Of a stretch of DNA of 64,000 nt, positions 52,130 to 64,000 are shown one piece after another; position 1 is the stretch's first letter; every line of letters begins with the position of its first letter. The notes below the pieces were generated by a model, which was not told where the DNA came from, did no database searches, and saw only the letters and a list, made by a program, of their open reading frames with translations. Position numbers and translations under genes: made by a program. The stretch spans positions 48,360,001 through 48,424,000 of the forward strand of contig NC_043014.1 of NCBI RefSeq assembly GCF_006345805.1, in the 5' to 3' direction. This DNA comes from Octopus sinensis. Its lineage: Eukaryota.

Positions 52130-52580
52130 CAGACACACACGTACATATACACACACACAGCACGCACGTATACACGTACATATACACACACAGCACGCAC
52201 ATACACACGTACACACACATACAGCGCGTATATACACGCGTACATATACACACATCACCACATACACACGTACATATACACACACAGCACGCACATACAC
52301 ACGTACATATACACACACAGCACGCATATACACACGTACATATACACACACAGCACGCACATATACACACACAGCGCGTATATACACATGTACATATACT
52401 CACACAGCACGCACATATACACACATCGCGCACATAAACACGTACATATACACACACATCACGCACATACACACACACGTACATATACACATACAGCGCG
52501 CATATAAACACGTACGCGCACATACATGCACATTTACACACGTACACCTACACATGCGCACATACATACATACACACGTT
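52130..52580. repeat. ~30-bp CA-based minisatellite (ACACACAGCACGCACATACACACGTACATAT-like)
   Basis: Direct inspection. Confidence 0.9.
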
Positions 52581-54894
52581 TCGTTCTATTTCGTTCGCAC
52601 ACATTACTCTCTCTCTTCCCTTCTACTTTATTTCATACGTCCCCCCCTCTCGTCATTATTATTATCATCATCTTTATTATTATTATTGTTATTATTATTA
52701 TTATTGTTATTATTATTATTATTATTATTCCAACCTCAACTCCTTTTCCCTCCCTTTCTGTCCCCCGCCACCACCAACAACCTACAACCAAACCGAAAGC
52801 AGGAGCTGACGACCGAATATTGATTAATATAGTTGGTCAAAGGTCAGCTACAGATCGACCCCCCCTCCCCTCCCCACGGGCGCCACTGTCGACTGATTTT
52901 AATTATTTTTCAAAATGCAATGGAGTAGTAGTAGTAATAGTAGTCGTGGTGGTGGTGGTGGTAGTAGTTAGTAGTTGTAGTGTTGTAGTCGTCGTAGTAG
53001 TGACCGAGTTACTCATCTAGACTTATTAATGACACATTCTTTATACATATATATATATATACACACATGTACACTTACATATACAAACATATACGCATGT
53101 ACACATACACACACACGTACGTACACACACATTTTACGTTAATCTATTATCGAGCAGAACTACGATTAAAGGCAATCTAACCATAACCACCCCGTCTGTG
53201 ATCCAAGGTCCTTTTTTTTTTTCTTTATTTAAAAAAAAAACTAAAAAAAACTGCGAGGAATTTTGGCTGTTACTTTTAGCAGGCCGTGCGACCACGTAGA
53301 AGCTTCCTCTCCTTGTGTTGGTTTTCGTATGCTTGTTTTGAGTGTGTGTGTTTGCGTGTGTGTGTGTATGTGTGTGTGTGTGTGTATGTGCGTGTGTGTG
53401 TGTGTGTGTGTGTGTATGGAGGTGAGTTTTCACTATGTCCCACCTTTCTTCCACCCATTTATGTTGGGAATATTTTTACCAAACACATTTCGGCAACTTA
53501 GAGAGAAAACCTGAGATATATATATATGCAAAAAAAACCAACAAACAAACAACAAACCCCCCCCCCAAAAAAAAACAAAAAAAAACCCCGCTTATTGATA
53601 TGTTTTATTATTTATTATTATTATATTGGTGTTATTATTTATTTTATCATTATCTAATTTATCATATATTATTATTATTATTATTATTATTATCATTGTT
53701 ATATGTATTTATATATATCTTTCTTTGTTTGACATTATTCTTTTAAACCATTCACTGCTTGCTTTTCTTCGTTACTTCGTTAGTACAACAAACTGGAGTT
53801 TTGAACGGACTGGCTTATATATATATATATATGTGTATATATATATTTACACACACATATATATATATGTATATATATTTACACACACACACACATATAT
53901 ATGTATATATATTTACACACACACACACACACACATATATATAGGTATATATATTTACACACCACACACATATATTTATATATGTATGTATATATATTAA
54001 CACACACACACACATATATATATATAGGTATATATATTTACACACCACACACATATATATATATATATATATAACGCGTGTGTATAATAAAATTCTCACA
54101 TTGCAAACAGACATCCCTCTGCACATACATATAAACGTAAGTACACATACACATGTAATATATAAGTACGTGTACACCATACACGTAGAGTTGTATATAT
54201 ATGTGTGTATATATATATATATATACATACACACACACATATAAATATGTGTGTATGTATGTGTGTGTGAATATATGTATAGATTATACACACGTTACGC
54301 ACACGTACGTACATGTACACATACACACACATTACACATTCACGCACACATGATCAAGGCTTCTCTGTTGGTGCGTGTGTTTGTATGTTCGTATGTATGC
54401 GTATATATATATATGCGTATATATATATTATATATATATATATAATGACTGTGTGTGTGTGTGTGTGTTTGTGTATGTATGTGAGGTTCTCCCCCTCTCT
54501 ATTATTGTTAGATTATTTACTGTTTATTTATATTTTTTTTTACTGAACCAACAACATACCTTCCCCTTCCACTAACCCCTCTCTCTCTCTCTCTCTCTCT
54601 ATGCTTCACTACCACTACCACCCTTTCCCCCTCTCTCTGGCAGCTGCAACTCTAGTGTTACATGATGTCAGCAACAGCGGTAAAGCAGCCAAAAAATCCC
54701 TAATTTCTGCTGCATTCTCTCTCTCTCTCTCTCTCTTCTCTCCCCTCTCTATAATCTCTTCTTGCCATCTTCTCTCTCTCTCTTTTTATCTCCCGTTCTC
54801 TTTGTCTCTCTCCTCTCTCTCTCGTCTAGTTCAGTTCACCGAAAATATCAAATATTGTTGGCCCGGGCAGGCGGGCGAGAGTTGGCTGTGGCAG

Positions 54895-56200
54895 GGATGG
54901 TGGTGTATGTAGTCGTGGTGGTAGCTGTGTGTGTTGTAGTAGCAGTGGTGGTGGTAGTGTGTGTTGTAGTAGCAGTGGTGGTGGTAGTGTGTGTTGCAGT
55001 AGCGATGGTAGTGGTAGTGTATGTTGCAGTGGTGGTGTTAGTGTATGTTGTAGTAGCAGTGGTGGTGGTAGTGTATGTTGTAGTAGTAATGGTGGTGGTA
55101 GTGTATGTTGTAGTAGCGATGGTGGTAGTAGTGTATGTTGCAGTAGCGATGGTAGTGGTAGTGTGTTGTAGTAGCGATGGTGGTGTAGTGTATGTTGTCG
55201 TAGCGATGGTGGTGGTATAGTGTATGTTGTAGTAGCGATGGTGGTGGTATAGTGTATGTTGTAGTAGCGATGGTGGTAGTAGTGTATGTTGCAGTAGCGA
55301 TGGTAGTGGTAGTGTATGTTGTAGTAGCAGTGGTGGTGGTGGTAGTGTATGTTGTAGCGATGGTGGTGGTAGTGTATGTTGTAGTAGCGATGGTGGTGGT
55401 AGTGTATGTTGCAGTAGCAATGATGGTGATAGTGTTTGTTGTAGTAGCGATGGTGGTGGTAGTGTATGTTATAGTAGCGATGGTGGTGGTATAGTGTATG
55501 TTGTAGTAGCAGTGTGTGTTGTAGTAGCAGTGGTGGTGGTAGTGTGTGTTGTAGTAGCAGTGGTGGTGGTAGTGTGTGTTGCAGTAACGATGGTAGTGGT
55601 AGTGTATGTTGCAGTGGTGGTGTTAGTGTATGTTGTAGTAGCAGTGGTGGTGGTAGTGTATGTTGTAGTAGTAATGGTGGTGGTAGTGTATGTTGTAGTA
55701 GCGATGGTGGTAGTAGTGTATGTTGCAGTAGCGATGGTAGTGGTAGTGTGTTGTAGTAGCGATGGTGGTGGTAGTGTATGTTGTCGTAGCGATGGTGGTG
55801 GTATAGTGTATGTTGTAGTAGCGATGGCGGTGGTAGTGTATGTTATAGTAGTGATGATGGTGGTAGTGTATATTGTAGTAGCAGTGGTGGTGGTGGTAGT
55901 GTATGTTGTAGTAGCGATGGTGGTGGTAGTGTATGTTGTAGTAGCGATGGTGGTGGTAGTGTATGTTGCAGTAGCAATGATGGTGATAGTGTTTGTTGTA
56001 GTAGCGATGGTGGTGGTAGTGTATGTTATAGTAGTGATGATGGTGGTAGTGTATATTGTAGTAGCAGTGGTGGTGGTGGTAGTGTATGTTGTAGTAGCGA
56101 TGGTGGTGGTAGTGTATGTTATAGTAGCGATGGTGGTGGTATAGTGTATGTTGTAGTAGCAGTGGTGTTGGTAGTGTATGTTGTAGTAGCGATGGTTGTG
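54895..56200. repeat. ~30-bp minisatellite (GTAGTGTATGTTGTAGTAGCGATGGTGGTG) with a 585-bp higher-order duplication
   Basis: The variant succession at 54929-55171 recurs at 55514-55756. Confidence 0.92.
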
Positions 56201-57049
56201 TGTAGTTTATGTTTTAGTAACGGTGGTGGTATATGTTATAATGGTGGTAGTGTATATAGTTTTGGTACTAGTATATGTAGTAGTAGTGGTGGTGATATAT
56301 GAGTTGTGATGATCATGCTTGTTATGTTAGTAATAGTAGTAGTAGTGGCTATGACAATGGAGGTAGTAGTAGTAGTAGTAATCGTGGTTGTATTGGTCGG
56401 GTAGTAGTAGTGTTGGTATTGGAGGGGTTGTGTTGGTAGTAGTAGTAGTGGTGTATTAGTAGTGTTAGTTCACACCACCACCACCACCACTACCATTGTG
56501 TCAGTGTGGCTAAAGAAACCCAGCCTTGTTTCAAGAGGCTTGCCGTTTCTGAATATTAATGTTGTTGTTATTATTGATGTTGTTGTTGTTCCCCCTTATT
56601 TTTTTTCTTTATTTTTCTTCCTAAGATTCACTTCAGTTTCTCTCTCTCGTCTTTCAAGGTTACATTTTTTTATGTTCAACCTTAATCTCCTTGTTGCTCT
56701 GTGTCTGTCTCTCTGTTGTTAGAAAACTACCAAACAATAGAGAGAGAGATGCGACATTGTCTTCTCTATTGCTCTTTCTTTCTCTCTCTCTCTCCCTCTC
56801 CAAAGAATAAGGCTAATACAGAGAGAGAGAGAGAGAGAGATGAAGAGAGAGAAAGAAAGAAAGAGTGACACTATTATAGCCTTGCCTTGGTACTTGTCTC
56901 TCTCTCTCTCCAAACAATAAGGGACACAAGCACACATGTGCTTACATACATACACACACACTCACAGTTGACATTGTACTACATCGTTATCAGTTGTCTG
57001 TCTCTCCAAGCCACAAGGGTAGAGGATATATATATATATGTAGAGAGAG

Positions 57050-57091
<42 letters not shown>

Positions 57092-58264
57092 ATTGTGTGT
57101 GACACTATTACTGTATGCTTATCAGTTATGTCTCTCTCTCTCTCCAAACAATAAGGGCAGAGGAGAGAAATAGTTGTCACTATATCAGTGGGTCTCCCTC
57201 TCTAACAATAGACCAATGGAGGGACATAGTTGACACTGTACTACTACAGCCGTCCTTATTATTATTACTCACCTCTATTATATTTCGCCTCAAAAAATAT
57301 TGGTGTACTTTATTCCTCCCCACCTCTCTCTCTCTCTATATATATATATATATGTATATATACACACACACACAATCACAATTTCGTTTGTATGTATGAT
57401 ATATTTATACATAAGCACATTTTAAAATATATATATACACGTCTATACACACACACATGTAATATATATATATATGCGCGCGTGTGTACACACACGTGTA
57501 TACAACCACATATGTATGTATGTATGTTTGTGTGCGTATGCATGCATGAAAGTATCTAAATTTAAATGCAATTATTTGTCAATATATTTAGTCGGTAGAT
57601 AAATACCCTATAAAAACCACATTTGGTGAATTTTAAACGGCAGTGATAGTGGTATCTATGTTGAATATATTTTTATAATGTCTGTTATCTGGAAATTATA
57701 TTCCAACTGCCATCTCGGCAAACTTCGCCGTCGTTGTCGTCTTCCTCCACTTCGTGTAATTGTTTTGGCAATAAACAATATTTCTTCCAAATGAGTCATC
57801 TTGTCGTTAGAGTTCTGCTTTCCAACTTTGATGACTCTCCTAATTTCTCTTGAGTTGTTGGGGTCTTCATTTCTTGAAGATAACAGAGCTTAGAAATGAA
57901 ATTTACAATAATTGTTAAGAAAAATTGTCGCTAATATTTCCAGAAATTATTTTAAAACAATGAAGTGAACCAATACTTTTGCTTTTATGAATGCCTGTCT
58001 TTTAGTTACAACTTATCTTTATTATTGTTATTTTCGCTTTAAATTTTGGTTGTAACAGATTGATTCGGTCCCATGGCACTGCTTTCGATTAATTTTAAAA
58101 AACGCAAGGGGGAAATATTGGTACTAATTAAAATAACGAGATGTCAAATTACTGAAATGTTTAATTAAGACCGCGACTTTTTCTCTAATTGCAGAATGTT
58201 TTGTGTCCGGATGGGGGTTACAACACAATTACCTCCCTTGATTCACTTCTTGTTTTATTCAAAG

Positions 58265-58368
58265 ATGTACATTTCACAAAACATTTTATACATTTCACAA
58301 ACATTAATACACATTTCATAAACGTTATTTACACTCTGCAAACATTATTTTACATTTTGCAAACATGA
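58265..58368. repeat. Short degenerate ~21-bp tandem repeat, about 5 units (ACATTTCACAAACATTATTTT-like)
   Basis: Direct inspection. Confidence 0.7.
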
Positions 58369-58446
58369 CTACCTTCTTTTTCTTCTCAGAATACTAAATC
58401 TTAAAACCAGGATCCCATTTTCTCCCATTGCTGATGTTGATTTTAG

Positions 58447-58477
<31 letters not shown>

Positions 58478-58710
58478 TATACACACGCACGCACGCACAC
58501 AGTAAACCACACCCTCCTTATTAAACATTCCACCTTGCCCAATCAACATAGAATGTTACTTTATTCGCGTCATAATAATAATAATAATAATAATAAAAAA
58601 TTAACTGCTGCTAACTCTTCACTTTGTTTTATGATTCTGTATATAACAGCTGGGTTTATGTTCAGAGAGATTTAGTTAAGAGAAAATTTATCTCTTTATA
58701 TAAGTATATA

Positions 58711-59108
58711 GGCGCAGGAGTGGCTGTGTGGTAAGTAGCTTGCTAACCAACCACATGGTTCCGAGTTCAGTCCCACTGCGTGGCATCTTGGGCAAGTGTC
58801 TTCTGCTATAGCCCCGGGCCGACCAAAGCCTTGTGAGTGAATTTGGTAGACGGAAACTGAAAGAAGCCTATCGTATATATGTATATATATGTGTGTGTCT
58901 GTGTTTGTCCCCCTAGCATTGCTTGACAACCGATGCTGGTGTGTTTACGTCCCCGTCAACTAGCGGTTCGGCCAAAGAGACCGATAGATTAATTACTGGG
59001 CTTACAAAGAATAAGTCCCGGGGTCGAGTTGCTCGACTAAAGGCGGTGCTCCAGCATGGCCGCAGTCAAATGACTGAAACAAGTAAAAGAGTAAAAGAGA
59101 GTAAAGAG
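58711..59108 (+). mobile_element. Full-length family-B tRNA-SINE
   Basis: GGCGCAGGAGTGGCTGTGTGG head, B-box-like GAGTTCAGTCCC, TTGGGCAAGTG, 3' hairpin CAGTCAAATGACTG and (GTAAAAGA)n tail; CpGs intact. Confidence 0.88.
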
Positions 59109-59612
59109 TATGAAGTGTATGTAGATAATCTTGGGCAAATGGTTAAGAAGTTTGCTTTGCAATCATGACGATTTGGGTTCAATCTCATTGTGTGGTAACT
59201 TACACAAATCTTTTCTTACTGTTGCCTTGGGTCGACCCGGCTGTTGGGGTTGGAATTGGGGCAACAGAGACTTTGTTGAATGGACTTCAAAGGGTCAGCA
59301 TTTTCACACTGCCAGAGTATTTAGTTAAGGGTACATGTGACTGTGGAATATTCAGCCACATAAGTATACAGTAAGTCTATAGGTCTGTTGATTGAACAAC
59401 TAGAGTACTTCTAGTCAAAACAGGTGGAAAATTAATTTTGTGTGTGTGTGTGTGTGAGAGCATAGCTGTGTGGAAAGATGTTTGGTTCCCTATCACATGA
59501 TTCTGAGGTCAATCCCTACTGAGTGGTACTTTGGACAAATGTCTTCTGCTAAAGCCCTGGAGTGACCAAAGCCTTGTGAGTGGATTTGAAAGACAGAAAC
59601 TGAAAGATGCCC

Positions 59613-59689
<77 letters not shown>

Positions 59690-60360
59690 GAAGGTTTATG
59701 AAAATAAACAAGACGAAGGCAGGTGGAGTACAAACAAATGTATTAGTATGGCGCTCAGGAATAGAAATAGAACAAGTCTTTTACATTTCGAGCCTAGGCT
59801 CTTTGACAGAAAGATACACAGAAAAAAAACAAGGAGAGAAACAAGTGCATGTATGTTTGTGCTGGTTTGTCTTCACATCCACATGACATATGTAAACGAT
59901 TGTCACTGTCATATAAGCGGTGTCATTCATTCTCAATAGACTGCAAGAGCATGTCTGGTGTCAGCTGACTGCTGGTGCAGTCCCCTTTCTCCCTCTCCAT
60001 CTTCCTCTTCCTGGATGATCTGCTGGGTCAAGGATGGGATAACTGAGAGGGTGTCTGATTGCAATTACATAGACACTTAAAACAATTAGCAAAAGCATGG
60101 CACAACAACCAAATTGCACTCACTCACTCGCGAGTTTCAGCTGAGCATATTTGCATGTATGTTAGTATGTATAGTGTTTTGTGTGTATGTTTATGTAACA
60201 TGTATATTATACATACATCAACATGCGTGCATATATTTCTGTAAGTATTTACATATACATGAAGTACTGTAAGGGTTCTTTATTGTTGGCCAAAGAGGAT
60301 GATTCTAATATGATGTTAGAGATCAAGACAGATGGCAGTTGTGTTCTCTAGTAACACTTG

Positions 60361-60941
60361 TTAATCCTTTAGCATTTAAACTAGTCGTAGCTGGCCAAAA
60401 TATTCTACTTGTTTTATGTCCAACTGGTTGGATCTAGCCTCTCACACCTACCCTAGAATGTCATTGAGTGACTGTGTGGTAAGTAGCTTGCTTACCAACC
60501 ACATGGTTCCGGGTTCAGTCCCACTGCGTGGCACCTTCTACTATAGCCTTGGGCTGACCAAAGCCTTGTGAGTGGATTTGGTAGACAGAAACTGTAAGAA
60601 GCCCATCGTGTGTATGTTTGTGTGTCTGTGTTTGTCCCCCCAACATCGCTTCACAACCGATGTTGGTGTGTTTACATTCCTGTAACTTAGTGTCTCGGCA
60701 AAAGAGACCGATAGTATTAGTACTAGGCTTACAAAGAATAATTCCTGGGGTTGATTTGCTCGACTAAAGGCAGTGCCCCAGCATGGCCACAGTCAATTGA
60801 CTGAAACAATTAAAAAAGTAAAAGAGAAAGAGTAATTGCATCATTGAAATCTCAAAGCTTCAAGATAATACATGATTAATTCAAATCAATGTGAATAAAT
60901 AAGCATTAAATTTGACAGTAATCTGAATGCTGAAAGGTTAA
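60361..60941. mobile_element. piggyBac-type MITE G interrupted by a family-B SINE (60466-60832)
   Basis: TTAA-TCCTTTAGCATT ... AATGCTGAAAGG-TTAA; the two G halves flank the SINE. Confidence 0.82.
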
Positions 60942-61019
60942 AAGTATTGGTGAGTCTGTTACAGTGAACATGGAATGAAGGAATAACAATACAAGATGAA
61001 TGCTAGAAAGCCTGCATGC

Positions 61020-62400
61020 AGCCAAGAGAAGAGAATCACCAATCGATGTGGACTATTCTTAAGATTGGATTATGGAGTGCTAACCAGGAGAATGCCAAGG
61101 TTGCTTGTTCCAAATGGGTTCACAGACACATCAGTTCAGAAAGTTCATGTCCTGTGATTCTCAGCCTGCATTGTGCAAACTTAGATGATTTGGAGTGAGA
61201 TTCAACCAAAAAGAGACAAAAAAAATAAAGAAAGAAAAAGAAAAAAAAAATCCCTTTCAGATCTGGTATAATCTAGAAAATCCATTAAGGAATGTTGTTA
61301 TACTTGTGTTGATCTGTAGAGCAGCAGATTTGGTTAGATTCTTGGATGTGAGAAAGACATTCTAAATCTGTACCTGGACTCAGAAAATATGTGTAAATTA
61401 CTACCTAGGAATTAATGACCAAATAGCTGGCACTACAAGCTATTGTGAGGGGATAGACCATTTTTGTTTCCCCTATTTGTTGATAGCTATGGAGTAGGTA
61501 TTAAAAGTTACCAGAAACTAATCACTAGGAATGAAAAACCAAAAGATCTCCTTGTTTCTGGATGGCATTACTACTACTGTGGAAACAAGGAGAGAGCTAA
61601 AAGTTGTCGCCCAAATTAACTGAACTATTCCAGAAATTTGACTGTCTCAAAACCCCCAGTCTCTCCATCATACTAGGGAACTCATTTCAAAATCTAAGGA
61701 GCAGAGATACCACAGGTCATAGAGTGGGCCATTAAATTATGCTAAGAAGCCTGTTGAATCTGAAGTTTGATATTGACTGAGTTAACATTTCAAATTGGGT
61801 TTGGCAGAAAATTTGAAGATGTGGTGTCATCAGCATGGCTTTTGGCCAACATTCTTTGGGGTATTTCAGCTACATGAGCTACCATTGACTGGGATGGAGA
61901 GAATGGAACAGTGTCTTAACAACTTCTTGCCAAAAGAGCTTGGTTTCCTGTAATGATTCACAGGAATTATGCTGTATAGTATGTTACAGCAAAATTTCAG
62001 CTGCTTACATAAACATTGCTGAAAAATGAGTTGAGAATAGCAAAAGCCCCCTGTCTTGCATGATGTCGACATCATTGTATGTATGACTGTGTTGGTTGGA
62101 AAGAAGTGGAATACAGCAAAGCTGGAAATGAAAGAAATGACTGCAGGTGTGTGGGTCACATGGGCAGGGCTGATTAAAAAGAGAAAGCAATGGGTATCTC
62201 TTGATAATAAGAGGAGAGAAATTGGGGCCAAATTGAAGTGGAAGAGGGGGGAGCAGCCAAAGTAGTGAGGTTAGGAAGTCATTGTGCATGGTGTAACAGG
62301 TGAGAGAAGGAAGCTGTTGGAGAAACAACAGCTAGGGAAAATGGAAACAGGGTCATATAATTCCCCCTGGGATCAGTGTTTGATGTTCTTAAATACTGGG
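61020..62400 (+). mobile_element. Highly decayed HERO/NeSL-type (RLE) non-LTR retrotransposon RT relic
   Basis: Collinear motifs across frameshifts: NGFTDTSVQK, SACIVQT*MIWSEIQ, IWYNLEN, AIVRG*TIF..IAME, SLFLDGITTT, FKI*GAEIPQV, LKMWCHQHGFWP..HELP, MEQCLNNFLPKELG, VGKKWNT. Confidence 0.7.
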
Positions 62401-62909
62401 ATTGCTGGAGGTGGTGGGTTGATCCACTGTGGGGTTAAAACTGAGATCTCATGGTTTCAAAGCAGGACTTGTTAAACGCTCAGATATGCTTACATGTCTA
62501 TTTGTATATATCATCATCATCATCATTTAACATACATCTTCCATGCTGGTATTGGTTGGATGGTTTGACAGGAGCTGGCAACCCAGGACTGCACCAAGTG
62601 CCACTGTCTGTTTTGGTATGGCTTTTACTGCTAGTTGCTCTTCTTAATGCCAACCACTTTACAGAGTGGACTGGTTGCTTTTTACGTGGCACCATCACCA
62701 GCAAGGTCTACTTTGGCTTAGTTTTTATAGCCGAATGTCCTTCCAAATGCTAACCACACCATAATTGATGGCATTATAAATGCACAGGAATATTAGATGC
62801 ATCCCAATTTCAGCAGCACACATTCAGGAAAAATGTCTTTAGTGCATCAGAGCATCTAATATTTAAAGCAACTTTGCATATAGGGTCCAGGGTGATTTTT
62901 AAAATTATT

Positions 62910-63315
62910 TGTTAAGACACAAGATGTATCTGGTGTAAGCTATGGACACATAAAAGGTGCAGCAATATCAGAGGAAGGTTAACAAGGAAAATAGCTTTTG
63001 TGTGTGGACGGTGCACAAGTACAATAAACACTGACCAAGTTAGTAATGGAGGTGGATGCTCCAAGAGATTAGCTGTGGGAATAAGATTAGGCTGGGCAAA
63101 GTGCAGAGCGCTCCTACCTCTTCTGGCAACAAAAGGCCTCTCCCTCAGAGTGAAAGGCAGAGCGTATGATGTCTGTGTGCGAACAGCTATGCTACATGGC
63201 AGTGAAACATGGGCTGTGACAGCGAAGGACATGTGTAGACTTGAAAGAAATTAAGCCAGTATGCTTTGCTGGATGTGCAATGACAGTGTGCATGTTTGAC
63301 AGAGTGTGAGTATCT
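62910..63315 (+). mobile_element. RTE-clade LINE fragment followed by a family-D tail
   Basis: GGGCSKRLAVGIRLGWAKCRALLPLLATKGLSLRVKGRAYDVCVRTAMLHGSETW; same family as the fragment near 32210-32335. Confidence 0.85.
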
Positions 63316-63498
63316 GAGTGGTTGGCATTAGGAAGGACAGCAAGCTGTAGAAACTATGCCAAATCAGACTGGAGCCTGGTGCAGCCTTCCACCTTGACAG
63401 CCCTGGTCAAACTGTCCAACCCATGCCAGCATGGACAACAGAATTGTAAATGATGATTTTGAAAAATGTGCATCTTATATGCCATCAAATACAGTGTG

Positions 63499-63530
<32 letters not shown>

Positions 63531-63536
<6 letters not shown>

Positions 63537-63813
63537 ACCAACAAGACCATCAGATGTTGTTACACATCGCTGGTCACAATGCGTTCGCATTGTTTTAGCC
63601 TTCAAATGACACCACCCTGCTGGCTAAGCGAGCAGGTCAACAGAAGAAAGAGTGGTGAAAGAGTACAGCAGGGATCACCCCCCCCCTGCCGGAGCGTTGT
63701 GGAGCTTTTAGGTGTTTTCGCTCAATAAACACTCACAACGCCCAGTCTGAGAATCGAAAGCGCGATCCTACGACCACGAGTCCGCTGCCCTAACCACTGG
63801 TCCATTGCGCCTC

Positions 63814-63815
<2 letters not shown>
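63531..63815 (-). mobile_element. Family-E tRNA-derived SINE ending in (TA)n
   Basis: Minus strand GGAGGCGCAATGGACCAGTGGTTAGGGCAGCGGACTC..TTTCGATTCTC (A/B-box head) followed by about 220 nt of non-tRNA body. Confidence 0.75.
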
Positions 63816-63847
<32 letters not shown>

Positions 63848-64000
63848 ATTACAGTTGAGGCTGATAGGTAACAGAATAATTGCAGTGCTATTTAGCTAAA
63901 CTCCTTCCATGTTTTAATGGGAAGAATTGTTAGCGTTGAACAAAATGCCAATGAAATATCTGTTCCATCTCTTTTTATCTTCTGATTCCAATTCCCACCT

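Noticed and set aside
47755-56144. Long ORFs of 150-358 aa (YI/CV, SVCL, THT, poly-V)
   Set aside because: Translations of micro- and minisatellites that lack stop codons.

Overview
Eukaryotic, AT-rich, repeat-saturated animal DNA. The SINE/MITE repertoire and (TA)n/(ATT)n/(CA)n load point to a coleoid cephalopod, most likely Octopus (inference from repeat families). The only credible host coding sequence is the 3' part of an exon at 1-408 (+), encoding Cys-pair repeats like those of plexus/GSE1-type nuclear proteins and ending at a phase-0 CAG|GTAAGA donor. I found no downstream exon, so the rest is probably one very large intron. It holds several tRNA-derived SINE families, (GAT)n-tailed RTE-type repeats, two TTAA/piggyBac-type MITE families, a hAT/Charlie-type MITE, a Helentron-type HINE, decayed DD34D mariner and DD37D maT transposons, RTE, CR1/L2 and HERO-type LINE relics, and many mini/microsatellites. 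Almost all ORFs in the track are repeat artefacts. Most notable unexplained structure: (i) minimal type-I hammerhead-ribozyme-like cassettes of the Penelope type, each near a (TA)n tract (20238-20305, 24664-24755, a decayed one at 59777-59814); (ii) a double perfect palindrome hinged on two (TA)n tracts (3490-3923); (iii) a perfect 23-bp hairpin of pre-miRNA size (35085-35147); (iv) closely spaced inverted SINE pairs as candidate ADAR substrates; (v) a CpG-retaining domain at about 52-58.6 kb. Coordinates were read by eye; ends of decayed repeats are approximate.
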